From assembly GCA_964572255.1 (NCBI GenBank), contig CAZNEE010000002.1:210942-274941 (forward strand): a DNA stretch of 64,000 nt, read 5' to 3'. Each line of letters opens with the position of its first letter. Position 1 is the stretch's first letter. The position numbers were made by a program, and so were the translations under genes. Positions 47,843 to 59,800 of this stretch are shown one piece after another. Origin of the DNA: an uncultured Planctomycetia bacterium. GTDB taxonomy: Bacteria > Omnitrophota > Gorgyraeia > Tantalellales > Tantalellaceae. The notes below the pieces were generated by a model. The model did no database searches and was not told the origin of the DNA. It saw nothing but the letters and a program-made list of their open reading frames with translations.

Positions 47843-50800
47843 TTACGCGTTGGTCTTTAAGTACTCCGCTATCGCCATGTATTCTACCGTCCCGGCTGTG
47901 ATCTGCTCGGCATCCGGAATACCTAATTTAATAGTTATAATGCCTCCCGTTTTGCACCTGTTCGCAGTTTCATCCCAGCATAAAGCAAGCAGTTCATCCG
48001 CACTTAGCCGGCTCATGTCTATATTAGGAATCGATCGATAAAACTCCGCTAACTCTTCCTTATCGAATTCCAATAGCCTGTACCGCGCCAGTGAGAATAG
48101 AACGATCTCTAACAATGGATAATAAGAATCCATTCCCAGATCTTTATCATTAATTTTTGTTATGACAGAATCCGTATACGGCTTTAGACACTCGAATTCT
48201 TCATCAAGCGCTATAACTATCAGATCTTCATTCTTTACATGTTTTTGGTCTTTCATGTAATCGAGTGTCATTTCGGTGATATCGCCGGTATGGATCACGA
48301 TATTCTCCAGCCATTCCTTTAAGAGCGGGTCTTCGCTGCGCATAAGGTCGCTTAAAGCTTTCCTCACCTCATCCGCTCTTCCGTTGCCCAATCTTTTATC
48401 AATTAAAATACCGACTCTTTCCTTCTTCTGGTAAACCGCACTTTTTACCTTGGCCGCTAAGTCCTCTCCTTCCGCAATAGATCCCGGAGATATCCTTGAA
48501 CTGGCTATGAACATGCTGTTCGTAAGCCGGGGAACGGCTTTTCTTATGCTGTCCATGATCAGGTCTTTATCTGATCTTTCAATATCCGTAACTTCTTCTT
48601 CGATCAGTTCTTCAAAAGTTCCGTCAGGATGACTTATGAATATCCTGTCCCTGCCGTTCACCTTAGCTCTGTACAGGGCCTTATCGGCTCTTGTTACAAT
48701 GGGATCGATCGCTTCCTGTTCCATCTTGTTAAGCAAACTACTGTTCGCATTTTTTTCTTCCTCCGTTTCAAATGAACTTTCTTTTTCTTCTTTCTCCCTG
48801 ATCCCTCTTATAAAACTTTCCTTCTCCTTGTCCGTAAGCTGGGCTATACCCATACTCCATGAAATATCAATATCCCTGACTATTTCCTTTCCTTCTTCAT
48901 CAACAGTTGTTCCCTGGATCTCAATACTGCGTACGGTATTCAATATTTTTTCCGCCGCTTTTTTGACTTTGTCCAATTCATCAAATATTATTATCAGAAA
49001 TTCCTCTCCGCCGTATCTTATGAAGAAATCGGTCCCTCTTTTAAGCTCATCATCAACTACTGACGCGATCGCCTGGAGCACCTCATCCCCCTTGGGATGT
49101 CCGTATGTATCGTTCACGCCTTTAAAATGATCGATATCGCACATGATAGCGCACATCGGGGTGGGGTTCTGCGATCCCTTCTCTTCATCTCTTCGCTCGA
49201 AAGCGCGTATATAGCCCGGGATCTCATTAATAAGGTATCTTCTGTTATGCAGATCGGTCAATTCGTCTCTGAGAGTTTCTTCTTCTAATCTGCGGCTCTT
49301 TTCCTCAAGCTTTTTCTGCAGCTGTTTTAGCTCGGTAATATCAGTGAAAACTCCCAGCACGCCGTTTCCCAGACGCTCTTTACTTACCTGTACATGAATG
49401 GTTTCTCCCTCTCTTACGTTTGTCTCTTCCACGGATATGGCTGTATTATTCTGATAAACTCTCAAGTCATCGGCTTCATATTTTTCAGCATCATAAGATT
49501 TCCCTAGTTCAAATTTGTCTCTGATCTCGATATCGGTTAACCCCTCGACCTTTTGAGTTTCCGGATCCAGCCCCAACATGCTGTAAAACCTGGAATTCGC
49601 ATATTTCACGCGCATTTTTCTGCCGTCAAATTCTTTATAGAACACAGCCGCGGGTAAATTTTCCAGCATTGCGCCTATATACTCTTCTCCCTTTTTTATC
49701 TCCTCCATCGCCTGGATCAATTTTGTTATATCTCTAAATGATGTCAGGACTATAGTTTTGCCGTCCTTTATTATCGTGTCATCGGTTTTTGCATAGATGA
49801 TGGTGCCGTCTTTCTTTACATATCTTCTGCCTTCTTCCCTTTGCGGAACATCTTCCCCCCTTAGACGCGCTTCAAAACGTCTTCTCGCGTCTTCAACCTC
49901 ATCGGTATGCATAAAATCAAAGATCTCTTTGCCGATAATCTCATCCTCATCATATCCCATCAATTCACACCAATATCTGTTAACCTGCTTGATTATGCCT
50001 TTTTTTCTGCCGTCTTCTTCTGTAACCTCTAACACGTGGAACCCGATCGGGGAATTATCATAGAACTCTTTATATTGTTTTTCGGAAGCCATAAGCTCTC
50101 TATTTACTTCATCGAGATCTCTTGCTGCGGATCTTAATTTGTTCAGGACCCTCTGGCCGAGAACGCCTGCTATTACAAAAACAATTAAACACGCCGCCCG
50201 CAACGCAAGATTGTATATATCCGTTAAAGGAAGTAATCCCTCAAGGATATCTCCCTTATAAAAGAGATATGCGTCCCCGATAGACCTAACAGCCCAGTAC
50301 AATGCTCCAAAAATAATAGCGGCATATTTAATGCTTGATACTTTAGGCACCGCCCCTATCTCCGTAAACTGCCTTTTGTCGGAAACAAAACGCCCCTTAA
50401 CCTCTATGCCTTTTATAAGCCTCGTGAACGCTTCGTTGCCTTCTTCGGATTTTCTGTCCTGCAAACCATGTGTAAGTTTTTGGCCGCCAAAACCAAGAAC
50501 TATCTCGTTGTACTCAATAAGATTGAATTCAGATTTGTTAAGTCTTTCCGGAGGAAGATTCTTTTTAAGATAGGATATGAACTCGGCCGCTGTATAGTGT
50601 TTCCCCAGTTTCTTTTTTGCCTCATGGGCCAACAGCCTTACGCTGCTGCCGGCACCTCTTAAGAATTGATGAGGGTGAATGTCGAATTTTACCAGATCAC
50701 CATATTCATCTATCATATCGAAAGATTCCGGCACATGATATTTTTTAAGATAATCGATAATATCGTCGGCTTCACTATCCGGATCCAGATCGCCCTCTAT

Positions 50801-53800
50801 TTTTGCTTTTTTGACTGATTCTGACAGGCGGGAATAGAACTGTTCTCTCTCTTCATGGAAAAGCGCATGTTGGTTCTCAGATAAGGATTGTATCAGATAC
50901 ACTTTCTCGCTATTAGCAAACCCTCGTATATTCTCATTGTCCTCCAATATTTTTATTTTTTCTCCGCCTGATGCCGCCAGATCCGTTTCTATTATTTTCA
51001 CTCTTGCCTCTCGGCCGTCTTTTGTATAAAGCGGCTCGCCAACAGCATTATAAAAAGCAAGAATGGTCCCCTCTTCTTCCTCTTTTCCTATGATCCCTTC
51101 GGTTATCTGATCCGCTGCTTCCTTATCGCGGAAAAGTTTTCCTATCAGGCCTCCCGTTTCTTCATCCGGGGCCGGCCGCTTTGATAAAACATTTTTCTTC
51201 GCAGCTCTATCCTTGAACCAGTCAATAAGCACTTTTATGCCGGAGATCGGCCATAAGAGCGCGATCGGAAGGAGAATGGCCACAGAAGCAACAAAGGCAA
51301 TAAAAGGATTGGATTTTACATAATCCGCAATACCCGCATACTCTATAATATATTCAAAAACTTCGGCCGAAGTATCGGGCGCGAACCAGCATATGGCAGC
51401 GCTGATGATCATCCCCAAAGTCGCGGCCATGAAATGCCTTCTGTTAAGCATTTTTCTGTACTTCTGCACGTATTCCTCTTTATACGCGTTGGTCTCTCTG
51501 CCCTCCGCCAGATTTCCGATATCTTCCGCTAATTCTTCGGCTGAATAACGCTCTCTTGGGTTCAATTTCAGGCACTTCATTATAACGGCCTGGAGGTTAA
51601 GGCTGATCTTGCTGTTTATTTCTTTGGGAAGTTTCGGAGGATCGAATTTAAGCATGATAAAATCATCCGTAAGTTCGTTCGCGAAAGGTTTTTCGCCCGT
51701 AGCCATCTCATAAAGAAGTATTCCCAACGAGAAGATGTCCACCTTGTATTCTTCCGCGGGTTCTTCCCTGTAATCAATGTACGGAATACCGTGTTTATGC
51801 AGGAATTTGATTATCCGCCTCTTGTAAGACTCATCGGATTCCATGGGTTTTTCGGTCACTGCGAGCGTGACCGACTGTTCGGGCGAGGCATATTCCGGAG
51901 TTCCCAAAAATATATTCTCCATCGTGTCCCTTATGGACCCCGTCTTCTTTATGTCATACCCCCTTGCCGCCAGACCCAGGTCGGCAATGAGCGGCTGATA
52001 CTCGGTAGCTGTATTCAATGCGGCAACCCGTCTCATCAGGACGTTCATCGGCTTCAGGTCCCTGTGGATGATACCCAACGAATGCATATAAGCGATCGAA
52101 TCCGCTATATGCCTGAACAGGCCCACGACCTCTCTCTCGTCATATTTCCTGTACTTAAGACTCTCGATATAATCCCCGAGGGTCGGGCCTTCGATCATTT
52201 CCATGGAATAGAAGGGAATGTTGTGTTTCTTGCGGTCATATACATCGTGTACTTTGATGATCCCTTTATGCGACAGCTCTCTCATATACCTTATCTCTCT
52301 CAGGAACCTTTCCCTCTGCCTCTGGCCGCCCTGTTTCATGACTTTAAGGGCTATGGTCCTGCCCATTTCCCTGTCAAAAACAAGAAAAACGGAACACATG
52401 CCCCCGCTGCCGATCTCCTTGATGATTTCATATCTGTCCTCAAAGACGTCCCCGCTTTTCAGGCCCGTGTTTATATACGCGTTATCCAGTTTTGAAGAGG
52501 ATGCGCTGTCGGGGATCTCCTTCTCCTGAAAAGCCGCAAATAAGGTCCCTCCCAAAACAGTTTTATCGCTGAGATAAGATTTGGACGAGATGTTCTTAAA
52601 TAATTCCAATACTGATCCCTGGCGCGCGTAATCGAGTATTCCCCTTCTTCTTATCGTGCACCAATCCAAAAGCCTCTTCTCGTTCTCCGTCGGCCTTGGC
52701 TTATTTTTCAGCCTTGCGATGTCCAGCTTTAATATATCGTCCATGATCAATATATTGCAGGCATGGGCTTCCTTGTCCACCCATACCTTGTTGAAATCGA
52801 TCGCATTCCCGAGGAACAAGATCGACTCATGCGGAAGCGTTATAAGTCTCGAAAGAAGTTCTTCTCTCCCTTTAATATCATGTCCTGCAGCGGCGTGTTC
52901 CAGCTGTTTCGCGCCGAAAATATTTATCTTAACCTTGAGCGGGTCGTATCCAAGATCCGGGAATATCTTCTTTACGGTTTCCCTGTCAAGTTCATAAGAT
53001 GCAAATTCCCTCTCCCCGTCCGCAATAACGTCTATCTGGAGATCATCCGCCGACCTATCAAGCCAGAAATAACTGCCGGAAGTATAGACCCTGAATGCCT
53101 CTTCATTATTTATCAGTTCATTTTCGATCAGGCGCGGGATAACAACCTCTTCTATTCCCTCTGCCATATATCCTATTCTGTCCTCTACATCCTTCAGGGA
53201 CAAAGGTTCAGTGTTCTGTCCTCTTTTATTTGAGAATTCCACAAGACGCAGCCAGTTTTCCATAGAACCCGATTTATCCGCAGCTTTGAGGCTGTCCATT
53301 ATCGCTGTGCGCGGCCATGATGTCACAACTCTTTGCTCTTGAGGGTCTACCCCCAATCTGTACGGCTTATGATACTTGCCTAAGAGAATATCGGGGCCGT
53401 TGAGGACATATCTTAATGCTTTTTGAAGTTCACCTTTATATAAGGTGTTGGGTTTTTTCGGGTCCTGGATCTGGTCATCCCTGTCGGGATAATTCTCGCG
53501 GAAATGGTCCTGAAGAAGAACGATCGTTCTGTAATGGCCCAGGATGGAACAAAGGATCTCATGAAGCAGGTATTCGTCTACCAAGGGATGTGTGTCGTTT
53601 TCCGGCGGGCCGCGCTGCTTTAATTTGGAAATTACATCTGTTGCCACGTAAAGCTCGTTATCGTCTTTAAGATGATCTCCGTTGCCCAGCATAAAATCAT
53701 TCTCGGCTTTGACGATAATGGAATCAAACCCGTATATCTTGATCTGTTCCTTTCTTTGTTCCGCTAAAAATCCCGCCAATTTCTCTCTTTTATAGTCCGG

Positions 53801-56800
53801 GATCTTGATACCGTTTTCCCGCAGGAACTCGTCCAGATTTGAGCTGTCCTTTCTGTTTCTCTTGAACTGCCTGAAAAATTCAATAAACCTCCCTATCTTA
53901 TCCTTGGGCAGTTTTATCTCATTTCCCTGAAGGAACGCGGTCAACATCCTTTCCTCGTCCTTCTTGTTCTTTAAGAGGTCCCTGATCCTCTTGATCTCGC
54001 TTATCTCGCCTTCGGTCAGCCTCTTCACCCGCTTAGAGCGGTAGCCTTCATGCGCCATCTTCTCTTCCTTGTCCAGGAAGGATTCAAGGAGCTGAAGTAT
54101 CCGGTCGTTATAATCGTCCGTGACATCGTTCTTTCTGATCCTTTCACGTTCCCGATCGAATATATTCTTTGAAGCTTTTCCCTGGCTGATAAAACCGTCC
54201 GGAGTTGTTTTTGAAACTTCGAAAATGGTCACCGTTATCTTGTTCCCCCTAACTTCACTGTCAAAGGTTTCTTCCTTGCCATGCGAAAATCTCATTCCGT
54301 CTCTCCAGCTTTCCACCAATAAAGTTACATCCTTATAATCTTTAGCGATACGGCTGAGCCTCAATAGAAATATCCCCCTTAATTCGACAGGGATAGATAT
54401 TTCCGATAATATTTTTTCAGATTCGGTATTGCGCAGTATGCCGCCGTTGAATATCCTGTAAAGTTCCATTTTAGACGGACCTTCGTCTTCAGATATTATC
54501 CGTATGCCCGGCCTGGAATCTGACCTTCTTCTGACCGCCTGGAGTTTTATTGAAAAATCAACATCCTTATGATTGCCCCACACATGATCACGCAAATTCT
54601 TATTTAGCTCATAGATCACATGCCGGGCAAGTTCCTCCCTGTTTGTGGGAGTTCTTTTGACACTGAAAAATATCTCGTATTCTGTTTTAAAGCTTTCTTT
54701 CTCTTCGAAATCAAACTTCGAAATAAACTTTTTTAATTCACCAAAAGAGTCCTGATCATTATTTACCATGTTCTCTTTACTTAATGTAAATGTTTCAAGA
54801 ATTTCTATATCCTCCCCCTCATCTTGTTTCTCTTTATCCTGAGGCTGTTCTTTTGGTTTTGACTTTTTCTTTAAGATCCATACTGCGATTAAAAACCCTA
54901 TGATCGGCAATAAGAACCCGGCATCGAAATTGACCTTTTGACCCCCCATGAAACAGCCGCCTGAATGATGTGAATGGTCACCTTCGCCCGGAGCTTTGCC
55001 CACATGGACAGTCCCGGGATAATATGAATAATCTCCGTCAGTCTGCCCGTCAGGCATCTCTGTCCTGATAGCCAGATCATAATTTCCCGAATACATGTCA
55101 GACGGAATGTTTATGATGATCGAGGATGTCGATACGCCCGGCACAAAGAATTCTTCCGATCCTATCATGATCGTGTAGCCGTCGGCTGAACCCTGCAGGG
55201 ATCCGGTGTATGGATCCCAGGTAAGCTCAAAAGTCCTGTCATTGTTGCTGGCTGTGACGCTTGTGATCTCGGGCGAGAAAGGCCTCGCATCCGTTGACTC
55301 CGCCCAATGCCGGATAGAATCAGCATTAGCATCAGATATTATAAAGCCCATATCATCCTGCCAGAAAAGCCCGCCATCCACTCCGCTGGCGTATATTGCG
55401 GAATATTTATCCCCAAAATTTGTAGGCTCAAGTTCTCCAAAAATGACCGGCCCGTCAAGCGACGAACCCCAGTTCGTCAAAGGATCCGCTATCGGGAACC
55501 AAACCTCCATATAATCATAATAATGCGGCTGGTAAAGATCCAGGCCCAGATCGGTCCAGTTGTCCATGAGCGTTTCCCTGTTCCTCGCGCCCACTGTGAC
55601 CACTGACCCCGGATCCTGATTATGTATCATCTGAACATGCAGATCCAGAAATCCGTGCACTTGCGCCATCGTCAGAGATGTCAATTCCGGTATCTCTTCG
55701 GGTTCGCTCATCACGTCCCAGGCGACTATTTCCGGACGGTCCGCGTAATCATTGACGAATTGTGCCATTAAGGCAAGTATTGCGTTGATCTTCGCGGGTT
55801 CACTTATTATGTCCGGATGTTCTCCCACAGGATTAGGGCCTTCCATGTCGATGCCGTCCGCGATCAAATAATCGTATAATACCGGCATCAATCTTATACC
55901 CAGAACATTGGCGGCTTCGATCAGGGTATCCATGTCTTCATAAACATGGGCGCTAAAGCCCGTAGGTGTACCTGTTCCGTCAAAAACTATTCCGCTTCTT
56001 AGATCACAGAATAAAAACACTCTCACAGTACAGCCCTTGAAACGATTAAGCTCCTGCAGGAGCAGTTCTCTTCTGGTAGCTAAACCTACATAATCCTCGC
56101 CATTGGCCCCGTCCCCGATATCGTAGCCGTATTCTATCCACAGGTTCGCTCCGCGGGCAAAATCAGAACCGGGCGTTAAGTTCTCGATGATCTGCTGAAC
56201 ATGATCGATCCTTTCAAGCCTTCCGTCAGTGTGATAAATAAGGGTTTCGGTCAGATCCCAGGAAGCGTCATATTCAAATGTACGGACCGTTCCGTCCTCC
56301 AAACGTTCGGTATTCAGATACATCCTCCCGTTAGCTAGATGGTAAGAAGCGCCTGCCTTATTGGTGTATTTCCTTATCGCAAACCCCGGCGTAGCTGTCT
56401 CCTGTACGACCGTTTCATGCACAAATGTCGGATCTCCCCCCGCATCATATCCCCTGATAAAGTGAATAATATCCGTGCCCGCGTAATATTCAGGTTCCTC
56501 GTAACTGCCATCAGGCCATGTTATCCTGTCGATCCTGCCGGACGTTCCGTTGCCGTAGAAATCAAAATCCTCTCTATGCACCACTGTATCAGCCAGGTAG
56601 TCATCCAGCTCATAATCAGGCGTATCGTGGTCCCAATCCTCCAAATATGTCTCTGTTTCGATAAAGCCGGACGGTGAATAGTACGTGTAATCGACCTCCG
56701 CGGCCGCAAGGACCTTGAACGGAAATAAAAGGAAAAGTACGGTGACGAGAAGCATTTTCGTGCCCGAATTCCTGAATGCCCTAAAGACCGCCTTAAAAAT

Positions 56801-59800
56801 GTTCCCTATCAATCGAAATGTCTTGGAAACTGATCTTGATAAAATCCCTGTAACCTTAAATACAAAGACCGCCGGGTAATACCATTTGAACAGGAAAATC
56901 TTATTGGCGAACATGGTCGTTGTGCGGATCTTTCCGTCCGGCTTCTCTATCGGAAATACGCATATATCGTTCGCAATGATCTCTATTGCCGCGTTGACCC
57001 TTATGTATTCCTTGGTTTTCCTGTCCTTGAACATATTCGCGTTGATCGCAAAATTCCATTTCCTGTATTTCCTTTGAATATCATCCTTTTTGAACGGATC
57101 AGGCTCCTCCAGCCACTCCTTGAGATATCTTTTGGCGGCGAATATCCTGCGTATAAGCCTTATATTGGGAATTAAAAGGATCAACGCCCCCACTCCTATT
57201 ATAAAGAGGAAAGATGAAAGCATGGACCACGCACCCGAACCTGCAATTAAAAACGGCGCTGAAAATAAATATCTATAATTCATCTTATTGAGCCTCGCCA
57301 TCTGCTTAAGGACCTTTTCATCCTTCTCATCCAGCGAATAATCTGCGGCCAGGGCTTTTATTAATTCCCTTTTCTCGCTTTGTTTAAGGTTCGCAAAATT
57401 TCCTTTATCTTTAAATCCTTCCATGACAGCATAAGTCTCATTTTTCAGCGTGCCTTTGCGCGCTATATACTCGAAATCGACCGTATCGATTATAAGTAAC
57501 AGGTCCTGCGCGGCTTTGAATAAAGGATTAGTGATAGGTTCTTTTGAAGTGGGTTCTTTCTTTGTCGTTTCTAAAAAGACTGCCATGAAAAAAGGAGCAA
57601 AATATCTGTAATAGTCGGGTGATCCCCTGACTATGTTTGCTTTTGCTTCGAAATCTTCATATGTTGAATTAAATGCCTGCATCTTGGCATCGCTGCCGCC
57701 TTTTCCTTTCGATCTTAGGTCAAGGTATCTGTCCCTGTAATCCGCCATGAGTTTGGATAATCCTTGCGCGTCTTCACACTTCCTCTTTATATAGTGCGCA
57801 AACGCAAGAGCCTGATCTTTGCTCTCCCGGGCTATCCTTTTATTCGGATGATTGATCTTATTCAGATGTTCCGGCATGCCCAGAGCGGCCTGCCTGACCT
57901 TTCTGAACTCGGGCTCTCTGACCCAGTAGGAATATGCTATCGCCTGGGCCGCGCCAGAGACGGTTATCCTTCCGGCCTTTTTCAATGTTATGAAAGGCCT
58001 GTTCGTGATCCAGCGTTCGTTGTTCTCGATCGCTTTTATCATGTCTTCAGCCAACCGCTTGAATTCCCTGTTTCTGCGATCGGTGCTCTCCCTCAATTCT
58101 TTTCTTACAAATTTAGAGTCATTATTGCGTATGCTTCCTGCCGCTTCCTGTCTTTCTCTGAGAAGTTCACCGGCATGTTTTAACACTCTTTTCGCTTTTT
58201 CTGCCAATCCTATTTCAAGTAATTCGCAGGCGGCTTTGATATATATGATCGCGAGCACCTTGACCTTTAAAGGCGATCTCTCGAGATCCTCTATGCATGA
58301 CTTTAAAGTGTTTACAAATCTTCTTTCAGTCTTTCTTCTTAATCTGACCTGCTCTCTTAAGTCCTGCATGCCGGGCAGGAAGGTATGTTTAGCTTCTTCC
58401 CGGGACTTCTTCTCTCTTTTGTCTATATACTCGGTTATCTCGGAGATCTTTTCCCTTATTCTCGGAATATTTATTTTTTCTTCATCTAATTCATAATCGA
58501 TCCTTTCGTCATACCCCCTGTAGACCTGCCATAAAAGAAAGTATCTCGCTCCCTGGTGTCCCGGATGAGCGTATCTTCGCCCGTCCTTAGGATAATATTT
58601 TTGAAAAATGTAAAAGGGCGACCATCCCTTCCAGATCTTCTTGCCGTCTTTTGCCTCATCAAAAACCCTTTTAGGGAGCCTGATCTTCTTCAGCCTTCGG
58701 GGCCTTGCTATCCTTTTCTTAAGAAGGGCAACCTGTTCGCCGGCTATCCTGTTAAGAATATCTCTGACCTTCTTATACGCTTTTGAATCTTCGTAGTTCT
58801 TTAGGTCTTCCGCCTCTTCGACCAGTTTTACCACTTCATCAAAATCCGCTTTTATCAATTTAGCGAAAGCGGGTATTCTTGCAACCGGCTGGTTTTTCTC
58901 TTTCTTTCTGTCCGTTTTTACATCCCCGGCAATTTCGTCAATATCTTGCTTCGCTGAAGCTGTCGCTTCCTTTACTTCTTCTAATAATTCCCCCAATCTC
59001 TTTTCATGTTTTCTGATCCGTCCCTGCAGATACTCTTCACGATATCTTTCATGCTTGATCCTCCATTTCAGAAGTCTTATTTTCTTCTGCAGTTCGATCC
59101 TTTCTGAGATCTTCACGTAAAGTTGGGTATGATACTCAAAGATCGTGATGAATAGATCGTTGTCTACCGGTTCTTCCCTATATAATCTTTCCATGTAGTT
59201 ATAGGGGATTTCTCTTTTTAGCTGTTCGCTTGAGACAGGAGGTTCTGACCTCCCGTAATTATTTTCATTCGCTGCATTGTTCCCCCCGGCGAAAAATTGG
59301 CATATAATAAAGAGGAAGGATAGAACAAGGGCGGGTATCATAAACCTGCCCACCGCACCTTCAGGCAAAGAACCGCTAGTAAATATTGAAGCGGCAAAAA
59401 CTGTTAAAAATCCCAAAACTCCTATGTAACTAAAACCTTTATCGGCTCTTTGCTGCTCTATTTTTTCTTCAATATTCCTTATATAAGGCTCCAATTCGGG
59501 AGCGATATCCCCTCCCAGGCTGACTATAAAATTACGTAAATGGCTCTCCAGCTTTTCTCCCGAATATTTCGGCAGTTCTTCCAAGAGGGCGATCCTGAAA
59601 TTGATATAACTCTTATGAACCACCCGTGTTATTTCCGCCATGAAAGCGGCTATCCTGTCTTTTTTCACATCATCCAAAGGCGTGCTTTTCAGAAGATCCC
59701 TGAATGCCTTGATCAATTTTTTCTCTTTTTCCGGGGACGGAAGGGTTTTGTTCGTCTTCTCTATATCGTCGTAAAAAGACTTCCATTCGGGGCCCAGTTC

